A stretch of 64,000 nucleotides of DNA from Octopus sinensis (taxonomy: Eukaryota), in contig NC_042999.1 in assembly GCF_006345805.1 (NCBI RefSeq), positions 36,022,001 through 36,086,000 on the forward strand, written 5' to 3'. Under the pieces are notes generated by a model. It did no database searches. It was not told the origin of the DNA and worked only from the letters and a program-made list of their open reading frames with translations. Below, one piece after another: positions 24,520 to 37,719 of the stretch; position 1 is the first letter of the stretch; the number at the start of each line of letters is the position of its first letter. Made by a program: the position numbers and the translations under genes.

Positions 24520-24850
24520 AATTTTTTGCCTCAAAAAGCAAAAAGCAAGGCCATGTAAGGGGACAGGGAGGGTGTTCATGCAAAGAGTTCAGGCCATTTC
24601 TGGTCAAGAGAGACTTTGAACCGAGCGGTCGTCGGCAGCTTATTCCACGGATCCGCAACCCGGACGGAGAAAGCCCCTCTCCTTCGATTGAGATGAAATC
24701 ATCGCAGATAGAGCTTTTCGGAGTGACCCCACAGCCGACGCTCTGGAGCAGAAGTGAAGAACAGCTCTTTCGAGAGAGGTTACACTTTCCGCTTATGATG
24801 TTGTGAGCGAGAATGAGATCACCACGGCGGCGGCGTTTTTTATTGATCTC
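24520..24850 (-). mobile_element. CR1-type LINE 3' end (decayed)
   Basis: Minus strand reads KRRRRGDLILAHNIISGK / ELFF...RLRGHSEKL / RRRGAFSVRVADPWNKLP / FKVSLD across frameshifts and a stop: the typical CR1 ORF2 C-terminus. Confidence 0.8.
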
Positions 24851-25284
24851 TAAATTGTTCACTTCAAAACAGACATTTTCAATTAATAAAGCTACAATAA
24901 TTACATGTATTGATTGCATACTAATATAATTACACTTATATACTGAGTCTGTGAATTGTATACTGTAAGCTAGCTACAATTCTTGTCTCAGTCAATAAAT
25001 AAATATGTCAAAATAGGTCCTGTCTCTGTTTCATTGTCAAGTAATTTTGTTTGAGAACTCAGACACAAAACTGCTGCTCAACAATTTGTAGCTTTAAAAA
25101 CCATTCTGCATATTAATGGATGGGAAATGCAGTTAAGAAAAGCAATAGATATTTTTAAAAAATAAATAACTACTGATTGTATATTTAATGTCTTCAAAGT
25201 CATGTTTTTTTTTGGGGGGGGGGGTTGTTTTGTTTTTTCCATAAAATGTCAATATTTTCAATGGACTTTCATTAAATATTTCAG

Positions 25285-25366
25285 TCATTTGGCATGTGAA
25301 GAAGAACGAGCTGAAGTAGCTTACTTGCTAGTCAGAAATGGAGCACTATTGACAGTCTTAAACAAA
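25285..25366 (+). CDS. PSMD10: Gankyrin exon 5
   Basis: TTTCAG|(T)HLACEEERAEVAYLLVRNGALLTVLNK|GTACAT; matches gankyrin HLACDEERVEEAKLLVSQGA. Confidence 0.95.
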
Positions 25367-25386
25367 GTACATGACTCCTTCTTTTC

Positions 25387-25419
<33 letters not shown>

Positions 25420-26501
25420 GTTTTGCAATACATACAAACTGAAGAATGCAAAGTATTGAATGATTGACAGTAGTGATGTAAATTTTGCTTTGATGAAATT
25501 ATAGACTGATATAGAGTATTGAGCTGTAACAACTTTAAAATATGCTAATGTAATCTGTCTGTCTCTATAATACAATAAGTAACACTGAACTAGATGTAGC
25601 CAGTAAATTATAGCAAAGTATTACTCTTGCAGAGAAATAGATGAAAGTTAACATCTTTTTAATGTAAGGTTTTACTTACTGCTTTGTACAGCAAACAGTA
25701 TAACAAAACGAAATCCATGAGTGCTCAGGCTTTTAACTTCCAGATTTTAACTTCCAACACCTAATTCTTGGGATGTTATTACCATATTTTCTAGCATATA
25801 AGTCAAGTTTTGTTCACTCAAATTTACAACCTAAAATGATAGATCTATTTGTACACCAAGATGACTTTGGAGGTCCAAAAATTTCATGTGAAATGCAGCA
25901 GGATTTGAAAAGATTGTGATGATGTTTGAATGTTTACACTATATGTTACATCTGCTTGTATGCCAGAAAATATGGCATCACAAATGGTAATAACTAGAAT
26001 CCTAAAAAACAGAACACCTTGACTTAGAGTAGCATAATAGTTTAGTGATATTTTGAGGACTCCATCAGTCAGTGTTGGCCATGCATATGCACATGTTTGC
26101 ACAGGAAAGGCTAGCAGTTGTCCATGCAGCATGCAAGTCTCCTCTCCATATGTTTAACGAAATGAATGACTACCAATTTGGGCCAATACAGCCTGGCACC
26201 AGCACTATCACAGGCATCACTGTCAGAACAACCAGAATAAATACCACATTTCATCTGATCCTATGACAGTTCCACCAATCCATCACTCTGGATTGGTACC
26301 TTTTCATTGACCTCAAAAGGATAAAAGGCAAAGTTAGAATGTGTTTGTTCCAACTCTCTGTGCAGCGTTCAAATCCTGCCACGGTCAACTTTGCCTTTTC
26401 TAACCAATATTTTTATGACCTTTGTAATATAGAACAGTGGTATTAACATCATTTGTTTTTTCTTTCTAATCTTTGTTGTGCAGTGTTTATATTTCTGTGC
26501 A

Positions 26502-26537
<36 letters not shown>

Positions 26538-27668
26538 GGTGTGGCTGTGTGATAAGCAGCTTGCTTCCCAACCACATGGTTCTGGTTTTAGTCCCACTGT
26601 GTGGAACCTTGGGCAAGTGTTTTCTACTATAGCCTCAGGCTGACCAAAGCCTTGTTAGTAGGCTTTGTAGATGGAAACTGGCAGAAGGCTGTCATATATA
26701 TATATATATCATCATTGTTTAATGTCCATCTTCCATGCATGCATGGGTTGAACACTTGACAGGAGCCAGCTTGGTAGAAAAACTGTTTTGGCAGTTTTTT
26801 AAGCCTGGATGCCCTTCCTAACTCCAACCACTCTGCAGAATGGACTCAGTGCTTTTTATGTGGCACTAGCACAGACAAAGTTAGTTTTGGCATGATTTTA
26901 ACAGCTTATATATATATATATATATATAAACATAATAAAATAGGGTAATAATAAATTATTATTACCAGTGGCCTAGCACAAAAAACGAATTAGTCATTAG
27001 ACTGTATATTATTCATATAGAAATACAATAAGAGGCTTCCAAATAGGAAAGTGTTGTGCTAGAAAGAGCAGTAGAAATCTCAAAAACCACAAAAAAGGAT
27101 AAATTCTCGAAAGGAATGAAAATTAAGAACATTTATCATCTCAACTATTTCTAGCACAACGCTTTCCTATTTGGAAGCCTCTTATTGTACATCATCATCA
27201 TCATCATCATCATCATATATATAATATTTATATTTGTATATATTTATGCGTTTGTGTCTATGTTTGTCCTGCCACAATCACTTGATAGCCGATGATGGTG
27301 AGACTGATAAAATAAGTACTAGGATTAGAAAAAAATAAGTTCTAGAGTTGATTTCTTGGACTAAAAAACCCTAACCCTTTAGTGTTTAAACCGGCCATAT
27401 CCGGCCCAAATATTCTACATGTTTTATATTCAAACTGGCCATATCTAGCCTCTCACACCTAACCTATAGTGACACTCTAAAAATAAACAATCATATCATT
27501 GAAACCTCAAAGCTATAACATAATGCAAGGTTAATTCAAAACGATTTGAGTGAAAAAGTATTACATTTAATAGAGAAATTTGAACACCAAAGGGTGTATG
27601 TATGTATGTGTGTGTATATGTATGTGTATATATTTATTTATTTATTTATTTCTGCTCATTTTTTTCAG

Positions 27669-27746
27669 GAAGAGAAGACTCCTTTAGATCTTGTTCCATT
27701 AAAGATCCGTCGCAACTTAAAGAATCTGTCTGATCAAACTATGTAG
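27669..27746 (+). CDS. PSMD10: Gankyrin exon 6 (stop)
   Basis: TTTTTCAG|EEKTPLDLVPLKIRRNLKNLSDQTM*; matches gankyrin EEKTPL. Total 224 aa; an AATAAA lies at 27795-27800. Confidence 0.93.
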   Translation, partial: EEKTPLDLVPLKIRRNLKNLSDQTM

Positions 27747-28149
27747 GTTTACAAGACACATAAATTTTCAGACATTTGATAACAATTAAGCCAAAATAAA
27801 CAGGCTGATGGAAAACATCGAAAGTTCCTTGCAGCTTGTGGTTCCAGTAAAATATGCATTTCATATTTTTATTTTCCTTTTTTTATAATCAACAGATGGA
27901 AAAGGTATTTATTTATGTATAAATGTAACAAAAGGGTAATTTACTAACAAAATTTAATTTAAAAATTCATTAAAAAAGAAAATTAACTGGGTAGATATAT
28001 TTTATTGTTTTATAATCCTCTGAAAATGCTGTCAAACTTTGTAAAGCTTGTTTCTCCATTCCTTCTTATCGAAGTAAAATAACAATATTTCATCAAGTGT
28101 AACTGAGTTTTCTTCTCCTTTTTTTCAAACTTTCTTTTCTTTCTTTCTT

Positions 28150-28558
28150 TCTTTTACTTGTTTCAGTCATTTAACTGCGGCCATGCTGGAGCACCGCCTT
28201 TAGTCAAGCAAATCTACCCCGGGACTTATTCTTTGTAAGCCCAGTACTTATTCTATCGGTCTCTTTTGCTGAACCGCTAAGTGACAGGGACGTAAACACA
28301 CCAGCATCGGTTGTCAAGCAATGCTAGGGGGACAAACATATACACACACATACATCATCATCATCATTTAACGTCCGCTTTCCATGCTAGCATGGGTTAT
28401 ATATATATATACATATATTCGACAGGCTTCTTTCAGTTTCCGTCTACCAAATCCACTCACAAGGCTTTGGTCGGCCCGAGGCTATAGCAGAAGACACTTG
28501 CCCAAGATGCCACACAGTGGGACAGAACCCGGAACCATGTGGTTGGTAAGCAAGCTAC
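28150..28558 (-). mobile_element. SINE family A, antisense, head clipped at the LINE junction
   Basis: Reverse complement of family A up to CAAGCTAC, missing the outermost part of the head. A short family C tail is nested in its internal microsatellite at about 28353-28396. Confidence 0.85.
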
Positions 28559-30790
28559 GTGAGACTGGTCAAAGCCATGTGCGGAGCTGACTGCTGGACG
28601 GACCATCGCCTCATCATCTCCAGGATGGATTTCTACATCCAACCTAAGAGAAGACCACAGGGTCAGAAAGTGACGAGGAAGCTTAACATCACAAAATTAA
28701 AGAACCAGCTGACTGCACAAGATCTCCAGTCACGTATGGACAGCAAGCTATTGGACATTCGGAGTGACCAGTCCAGCATCGATGAACAGTGGGAATCATT
28801 CAGGGACACGGTTCATTCCATCGCCCTTGAAACTCTGGGCCAAGTTACGAGGAACCACCAGGACTGGTTCGACGAAAACGACCAGGAAATCCAAAAGCTC
28901 CTGGAAGAGAAACGCCGTCTGCTGCGGGCTCACCAAAATGACACCACCTGCACGGCAAAGAAGGCCGCTTTCAACAACATTCGCAGCACAATCCAGGCTA
29001 AACTAGGCCTCATGCAAGACGCATGGTTAAGTGCCAAGGCGGATGAGATTCAGGGATACGCAGACAAACACGACACCAAGAAATTCTACGAGGCGCTGAA
29101 AGCTGTCTATGGACTGCTGTTCTCCTTTGGATCAACCCCCCTGCTCAGCTCGGATGGAACCTCACTCCTGACTAACAAGAGGCTGATCCTGGAGAGATGG
29201 GCGGAGCATTTCAACATCGTGCTCAACCGACCAGCCCAGATCAACGAGGAAGCCATCGCACGACTCCCCCAGGTGCCGACAAACCACGAGTTGGCTGTTC
29301 CCCCTGCAGTCGAGGAAGTGAGCAGAGCCATCAAAAAAATGTCCACCGGCAAAGCTCCAGGCTCTGACGCCATCCCTGCAGAGGTGTTCAAGTCGGGCGG
29401 CCCCACCATGATCAGTCAGCTCACCAGCCTGTTCCAGTCGATGTGGGACAGGGAACAACTTCCTCAAGATTTCCGGGACGCAACAATCGTCCACATTTAT
29501 AAGCGGAAAGGAGATCGGCAGTCCTGCGACAACCACCGAGGTATCTCCCTCTTGTCCATAGCAGGCAAGATCCTGGCCCGGGTCCTGCTTGACCGCCTTC
29601 TGGAACACTTGGAGCAAGGCCTTCTCCCTGAGAGCCAGTGTGGCTTCCGCGCGGGTCGAGGGACCACTGACATGATATTCGCCGCCCGCCAGCTCCAGGA
29701 GAAATGCATGGAGCAGCACCTTGACCTCTGCATGACCTTTGTTGACCTCACCAAGGCCTTTGATACAGTCAGTCGGGAGGGACTCTGGAAGGTCATGGGA
29801 AAATTTGGTTGCCCCAGCAAATTTATTGCAATTGTCCGCCAGTTCCACGACGGAATGACAGCCAGAGTCCTTGAAGACGGCAACTCATCTGAAGCCTTCC
29901 AGGTGACCAACGGAGTCAGGCAGGGCTGTGTCCTGGCCCCAACACTGTTCAGCATCATGTTCTCGGCAATGCTGTCCGACGCCTTTAGGGACTGCAAGTC
30001 CGGTATCGACATCAAGTACAGGACAGACGGGAAACTTTTCAACTCCAGAAGATTGCAGGCTGTCACAAAGGTGAGGGAGACAGTCGTCAGAGACTTTCTC
30101 TTTGCTGACGACTGCGCCCTTAATGCAATCGATGAGCAGGAGATACAGCTCGAGATGGACAGGTTCTCATCAGCCTGTGACAACTTCGGTCTCACCATCA
30201 GTGCCAAGAAAACCGAAGTGATGTTTCAGCCAGCCCCCGGCAAACAATACCATGAGCCTCAGATAAGGGTGAACGGACGGACCCTACGAGTGGTGGAAAA
30301 CTTCACCTACCTGGGCAGCACTCTCTCCTGCAATGCCAACATAGATGCTGAAACCATCAACAGAATCTCCAAGGCAAGCAGCGCGTTTGGGAAACTGCGA
30401 AAGAAAGTCTGGGAGCGGAGAGGAATCAGCCTCAACACCAAGCTGAAAGTCTACTGGGCAGTCGTGCTTACCACCCTACTATACGGCTGCGAGACGTGGA
30501 CTGCTTACCGAAGGCACGAGCGCCAGATAAACCACTTCCATCTCAGGTGTCTTCGGAACCTCCTTCACATCCACTGGCAGGACAAAGTCCCAGACACGGA
30601 AGTTCTGAAGCAGGCAGATCTCCCTAGCACCATCACAATCATGCGCAAGGCCCAGCTGAGATGGGCGGGCCACGTCTCCCGCATGTCCGACACTCGCATC
30701 CCAAAACAGCTCTTCTACGGTGAACTCGGCCAGGGCAGGCGCAAAGTCGGAGGGCAGAAGAAGCGCTACAAGGATAGTCTCAAGGTCTCT
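28559..30790 (+). CDS. Partial reverse transcriptase ORF of the RTE LINE (no genuine start)
   Basis: RT motifs KAPGSDAIP, RGISLLS, QCGFRAGR, DLTKAFDTV, GVRQGCVLAPTLF, LFADD and YLGS, with no stop. An apparent 2-bp deletion near 30788 shifts VSLKDF...TWETLA out of frame, and the rest of the listed 811-aa ORF is flanking MITE read-through. Confidence 0.9.
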
Positions 30791-30832
30791 CAAAGACTTC
30801 TCCATCGGAACAGAGACCTGGGAGACACTTGC
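28559..30832 (+). mobile_element. RTE-clade (BovB-like) LINE fragment, truncated at both ends
   Basis: GC-rich block from the end of the APE domain (DCWTDHRLI) through the RT to RWAGHV..M.D.RIPKQLFYGEL..G.R..GGQKKRYKD. No 3' tail and no TSD are visible. Confidence 0.95.
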
Positions 30833-30861
30833 TTATTGTTAGGAGTAGGCATGAGGACAGA

Positions 30862-31073
30862 GCCATTTAAACCAGCCATATCTGGCCCAAATATTCTACG
30901 TTTTATGTTCAAACTGGCTAGATCCAGCATCTCACACCTACCCAACAATGTCATTCTAAAACTATACAAGTACATCATCAAAATCTCAAAGTGACAAGAT
31001 AATACATGATTAATTCAAAGTAATGTGAATAAATAAGCTTAACATTTAAGAAAGTAATCTGAATCTTCAAGGG
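30862..31073. mobile_element. piggyBac-like MITE, left terminus missing
   Basis: Same family as 35282-35502; ends CAAGGG|TTAA. Confidence 0.7.
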
Positions 31074-32469
31074 TTAAGGCATGAGTGCACCAAGCAATTG
31101 CCCAGGGTCCTCATGGGTCTATGGGTCCAATTCTGATCCATGTATGCTAAATAGTATAGGGCCCAGTGCATTGATTTGGCCTGGAGCTCATAATACTGTT
31201 AAGACAGCCCTGCATAAAGATCTATAGAAAGCATGCTTACAAGTTTGCTATCGTCTCACCTTCAAAATTTCAAATATAGAGATTCTGAATGTGATTTTTT
31301 TATTTATTTACATTTCTTCCATGCCGGTGGCATGTAAAAAGCACCATCCGAATTGTGGCCGATGCCAGCGCTGCCTTGACTGGCTTCCGTGCCGGTGGCA
31401 CGTAAAATGCACCAATCCGATAGTGGCCGTTGCCAGCCTCGCCTGGCACCTGTGCCGGTGGCATGTAAAAAGCACCCACTACACTCACGGAGTGGTTGGC
31501 GTTAGGAAGGGCATCCAGCTGTAGAAACACTGCCAGATCAGACTGGAGCCTGGTGCAGCCTTCTAGCTTCCCAGACCCCCCAGTCGAACCATCCAACCCA
31601 TGCTAGCATGGAGAACGGATGTTAAACGATGATGATGATGATGATGATGAAGAGCAACATCAATGACTCATTTTTTTCACTGCCTCCAAGATTGATGGGA
31701 GGAAGTTATCCTCAAACCTCAGACCAGGCCTCACTGCTTATAACAGAGTTTGCTCTGCTAAAGAAACCAAAGAACCAAACAGATAAAAGATTAAGTCTAC
31801 CACCCAAGAGTTGTATCAAATACTGCAAAGCATCTTGTCTAAAATTCTAGCAGCTTCATTAACCCACTATTCTAGACTGGTACTTTATTTTATAAAACCT
31901 ACAGGGATGAAAAGAAAAATTGATCTCAATCAGATTTGAACTTGGAGCATAAAGATGCGGCTGGTTGGACAGTTTCAGAAGAGATGAATTATCACCAGAT
32001 TTCTATTCAAAAATATTGGTTGTTAATCTGTGTGGTTACCACATAAAATGCATCCTTGCTGTTGCCATGTAAAAAGCACCCATTCCAGTGTCACATAATA
32101 GCTCTAGTGCTGGTGCCACATAAAAAACAACATTCTGTAAAGTGGTTGGTGTTAGGAAGGGCATCTGATGTATTGTTTATGCATACTTTGATTCCTCTCT
32201 CTCTCTCTGCTACTCACTTCTCTCTCCTAGATATCAATTTTTTGTTGATTATATCAGCCCCTATTAGTATATACTTTATCAGCCTCAGAAATATGAAAGA
32301 CCAAGTGAACCTGCTGTCAAGTATTCAGTCAATTATTTTTTAATTTCTTGCTTTTTTTTTCTTTATCTTTATTTTATTTTTTGTAACAGCCCCTGGTCAT
32401 CTCTGATCAAAATACATCCCATCTTTTTTTTTTCACACAACATATATCAAGGATTACACTGCCCTAAGT

Positions 32470-32812
32470 GTGGGGGTGCATGACTCAGTTGTTAGAGCTT
32501 TGGGCTCACAATCATGAAGTAGTGAGTTCAATTCCCAGATCAGGTGGTATATTGTGTTCTTGAGCAAGACACTTTATTTCATGTTGCTTCAGTTCACTCA
32601 GCTGTAGAAATGAGTTACGATGTCACTGGTGCCAAGCTGTATTGGCCTTTGTCTTTCCTTTGGATAACATTGGTGACATGGAGAGGGGAGGTTGGCATAC
32701 ATGGGCAACTGCTAGTCCACCATAAACAACCTTGCCTGGATTTGTGCCTTGGAGAGGAACTTTCTTGATGCAATATCATGGTCATTCATGGCCGAAGGGG
32801 TTTTTACCCTTT
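32470..32812 (+). mobile_element. tRNA-derived SINE (GAGCAAGACACTTTATTTC family)
   Basis: Head ...GAGTTCAATTCCC followed by CTTGAGCAAGACAC. Antisense relatives lie at about 12030-12185, 23130-23420, 39620-39930 and 45200-45340. Confidence 0.7.
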
Positions 32813-32825
32813 TCATTGCCCCATG

Positions 32826-32922
32826 TGTACTTCCATTCTCAAGAAGATAGGAGGATTGAAGCACTGTTTCTTGCAAGTTGAATGGCCACATAAAGGTTCC
32901 ATTCACCATCACCTTTGGCTTT
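32826..32922 (+). mobile_element. Possible Helitron Rep (HUH motif) relic
   Basis: Translates ILKKIGGLKHCFLQVEWPHKGSIHHHLWL, resembling the Helitron motif VE(F/W)QxRGSxHxHxLLW; only about 30 codons. Confidence 0.3.
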
Positions 32923-35281
32923 AAAATTATTAGTCTTCAATAAAATTATTAACAAATATTTTCACTTATTCGCTATGGCCTCTGTCAGTCAATGTTAAGC
33001 AAATTTAGCCAAGATTTTCTTGAGGAAGACTCGCAGTTGCCTATGCATTTAGGTCTCTCCTCTCTCTGAGGTTTATCCATAGGAAAAGGCCTTTGACTTT
33101 AGGTTTGGTATTGTTAGTGTCATCATAAGTGTTGCTGTCAGAATGCTAAGAGTTAGAACATAACCACAAAGCATCTCACCTGACCCTCTAACACAGCAGT
33201 TTAGGCAATCCACCAATGAGGATTGATATTTTTTTCTTGTCCCTGAAAGAATGAAAGGCAAAGCTGACCTTGATAAGATTTTAACTCAGAGCACAGATAG
33301 CTAGAACAAATACAATGCATTGTATCCAAAGCTCTGACAAGTCTGCCAGTTCAACCCAATAGCAGCCAAATTTTTCTCAAATCGCACCAAAACCTTAGTA
33401 TCTTAGAAAAGGGATGAGATATTGGACCATGTAGATCAGTGGTTCTTAACCTGGTCAGCAATAACCCGTTGGAAACATTGTGAATTTATGAGCTGGGTGG
33501 AAAATCTTAAGGGAGCACTATAAGAGGCACTAAATGTTTAGAGAAGGTTGCAATTTTTTTAGAAAGAAAATGTTTAAGCAAAGTACAATTTTTATATTTT
33601 AACCCGTCTACTGCAAAAAGCAGATATGTCCACTTGAAATTTCATCTCCCTTAACTGCAGAAAACAGTTTTATATATCAATTGATGAGGATTATCATGTT
33701 TGAAATTATTGTCCACAGAGATATGACAAGTTTATTGAGGTAACATGACTTGCAGAAAATACCAATTCTAGAATACTGTAGCATGACTGATATCCTCACT
33801 GTTTGAGAGACACATTAGGAATAATCTTGTGGTAGATTACAACCATCTTTGGCTAGTTTGACACTGTTGTGTCCACTGTTCTGATTGGTTGGCATTGGGC
33901 GCAGTTTGTCTTTGGACTTATTTCGCGCCAGTGTGTAAGCCAACCAATCACGGCCTTGTGACACTGTTTTTCTGATGTTTCATTTGAGCCTACCCCAGGC
34001 TATAAAAAGGCTAGTTTGACAGACTTCTGGGTCTTTGGCTCTAGACCTTCTAAGGTCTAGTCCCTGACCACCAAGCTACTCAGTCGTATTCCCTACAATA
34101 CCATTACTGGAATAACCATGAAATTTAATTTTAGTCAAAAGGGTTGGACACATTTTCAAAAAGTCTTTGTTGGGATGATTAGAATTTACATAAGACATTG
34201 TTCATGCTGAACAACAATCTATACCAAATATTCTTTGGAGACTTTTATTCACTAATAGAAGATAAAGACCATTCAACATTGATGTTATTTGACAAAGACA
34301 CACAACATGAAATTGAAGATTTACTAAAGCCAATGAAGAACAGAAATTCTTTGTGCAGCATTGTGAAATACATATTGGTTGCAGCTGCTTAAAGAAGTTA
34401 TCAGCAAGCAGAAATATTATCGACAACATGCCATGGTCCAATACAATTTCAGTACTCATTTTCTTAAGTAATTTCTATAGCAATTTAACTTAGGAGACGG
34501 GACACTAGTCCATGCAGACTAAAGTGTCATGTGTATGATGGGATAATATGGAAAATAAACATGTCTACAAAATTTGCTTCTGTTCGATTAAAATAATCTG
34601 GCACCTTGGGTAGGTGTCCTCTACATAGCCTCAGGCCAATCAAAGCCTTGTAAGTAGATTTGATAGACAGAAACTAAGCCCATCGTATATATCTCTATGT
34701 GTCTTTGTATCTGTGTTTGTCCTCACCACCACACTGGTGCTGGTGTGTTTACACCCCTTAAGTCAGCAGTTCAGCAAAAGAGACTGACAGGATAAGTACT
34801 AAGCTTTAAAAAATATGGAGAAAAAAAAAAGTGGAGAAGGCTAGCCACTGGATTTGGTTAAAAAGAGACGATGAGCGATGGCTAGAATATTGAGCTTTAT
34901 TTGATAACCAGTTGATCTAGCAAGTGGGGCCTCGTATCAGTGATGGGGGGGCTGTGCGCATTGATGCCGTTTAGAGGTAGGCCCTGAAACGGCACGCATT
35001 CTCTCCTGATGACCCCATACACTTGCTGGCTTCCGGTATGCGGAGTTTTTGACTGGTAGCACTTGCATGTGCAAGTCGTTTGCAAGACATATAAGTACTG
35101 CTGTCAATACATTCGGCTACAGAAATTCTTCAAGACAGTGCTCCAGCATGGCCGCAGTCTACTGACTGAAACAAGTAAAAGATACAAGATAGAAGACATG
35201 GAGATGGGATGTTCATAAAGCATCATTTGGTGAAGAGGGGATGGGTGAGCTACAAAGGTGTGATGAGAATGACAGGTTTAA

Positions 35282-35502
35282 CCCTTTAGTATTCGCATTC
35301 TTCTGCCAAAATTAATGCTTTTTCATCCACATTGTTTTGAACTAATCACGCATTATCTTGTAGCTATGAGATTTTGATGAGGTAGCTGTTAATTTTTAAA
35401 ACGGTATTGTAGGATTGGTGTGAGAGACCAGCTCTGGCCAGTTTGAACATAAAACAGGCAGAATACTTTTGGCCGGATATGGTCGATTTAAATGCTAAAG
35501 GG
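35282..35502. mobile_element. Complete piggyBac-like MITE
   Basis: TTAA|CCCTTTAG ... CTAAAGGG|TTAA. Confidence 0.85.
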
Positions 35503-35894
35503 TTAAACATAAAGGCTTTAATGAAAGACTGGATGGTCATGTCTGTGAGATCAGTAATGTTCTGTAGTGAAACACCAGCAACATCATCATCATCATCACC
35601 ATTTAACATCTGACATAGGTTGGATGACTTGACAGGAACTGGCAAAGCCAGGGGCTGCACCAGGTCCCATAGTCTGCTTTGGTTTGGTTTCTAAGACTGG
35701 ATTGGAAGCCCTTTGTAACACACAGGGTATAAAAAAAGAAGAAAAAAAAACAACAACCAAAAAAGCATGTTTTATTATTGATTTTTTTTAATAATTTTTT
35801 TTTATTACCTAAGGTAATAAAGCAAAGACATTCCATCGTCAGTATTGACCAATGGGGAGGTGCGTTGACAATACAACTACAGGTATTAGAGTAG

Positions 35895-36390
35895 CATTAT
35901 AATTACAATAATAATAATAATTATAACAATAATGTTTTTATTTTCCACATGAATAATAATAATAATAATAATTATAATAATAATAATAAATAATAATAGT
36001 AGAAATAATAATAATTATTCTTATGTAGGGCTTAGAGCCTCATATACAGGGATAATTTGTGACATTCATGCCTTCCCCAAAGACATTAGTGATGGGTGTG
36101 AACAGAATTTCCAACAGTTCCTGGAGTACTAATTCCAGCACCCTGGCACCACCACAGTCAATGTAATAAAAATAATATACTGATAATAATAATAATGATA
36201 ATAATAATAATAATAATAATAATTTTAATGATCATGATAATAACAGTAGTAATGTTAGGAATTATAATTATAACAATTACAATTCTTTGTAGTAACAGTA
36301 TTAGTAGGAGCAGTAGTAGTAATAATAATAATAATATTAAAAATAATAATAATAATAATAATCATAATAATAATGATATAATAATATAAA
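35895..36390. repeat. Imperfect (AAT)n/(AGT)n low-complexity tracts
   Basis: Two long AAT-rich runs separated by about 170 bp of other sequence. Confidence 0.9.
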
Positions 36391-37263
36391 AACAGTCCAA
36401 AAAATGTACAGATGGCATGTGCTTTTAATAGATTCCCTGCCCAACCAATTAGTCAGTCTCTGTGCAGGGGCTGGAGAGCAACTTGGCAATGTACTGGACA
36501 CAAATTGTTCACACAATCCACACATACATACACACACTTTGTGTACACATACGTATATATACACACACACATATATATATATATATATGTATGTATGTAT
36601 GTATGTATAGACATGCACACACACATGACCACTTATGCATATATTACACATATGGCACTGAACCAAATAAAATACAAAACAAAAACAATGTATGGGCAAT
36701 GGAGGGAGTGGTAGCAGTATTATCATTGCAGTGAAGAGAGGTAACAGAGGAGGAACATGAACATGTTATGAGAAAACACTAAGCATTTCAGATTAAATAT
36801 TGTAGTTGGAGTACCTTAAACGTGTGTGTGTGTGTAAGGAATTTTGAAAATACAAACTGAACTGGGCATCATTCATTATATATCTTTCTTTCACTTTTTT
36901 CAGTTATTGAATTATGGCCAAACTGGGGCACTGTCTCAGATCTCCAGCAGTTACTTTTCTTTTTAATGTCTGGTATCTATCTCAGTGATGCCCTATAGGT
37001 ATACTACTAAGTTGTAGGATATAAACAAGTGACAGTTTTTTTTTTAATTTTTCAATGTAAAAATAGCACACAGACACATATAAATACACACACACACTGG
37101 TAATTAATAAAGGATTTCTCCAAATGCTTACCAGTTTGCTGACAGTTAGGTATTCAAAATAGGTTATTCAATGGTTAGTATATAAATTCAGTAATAATCT
37201 TCATATAATAAGAATTCAGAGACATATTCTATTAGATTTATTCTAAATATATTACTTTTAACC

Positions 37264-37302
<39 letters not shown>

Positions 37303-37682
37303 AGCATAACGGGTTTATGCAGTTTCCATCTACCTGTTAGAAACCATTTGCCCAAGATGTCAAGCAATGGGACCAAACCTTAAATAATATGATTGTGAAG
37401 CAAGCATCTTCACTACATAAAATTGCCTGCACCTACACATACACATACATGCATACATACACACTCACATATGTGTATGTCATTTTTTTAAATCATATTG
37501 TATACAATAATACAATTTAAGGGAACAAAAGACAATTATAAATTTGATACATTTATGTTCTGTCAAAACACACGTGATGCACAAGTGAGAGCTATATGTA
37601 TGGAATTTAAACCATGTAAACACTTGGTTGGTTTCATGAGGACATTGACCAGCTACAATATATATATATAAATAGAAATATG

Positions 37683-37719
<37 letters not shown>

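Noticed and set aside
29107-30805. Antisense ORFs of 100-236 aa
   Set aside because: Shadow frames of the GC-rich RTE ORF with no independent motifs.
30791-30994. C-terminal ~65 aa of the listed 811-aa ORF
   Set aside because: Out of frame with the RTE protein after about 30788, then reads through flanking MITE DNA.
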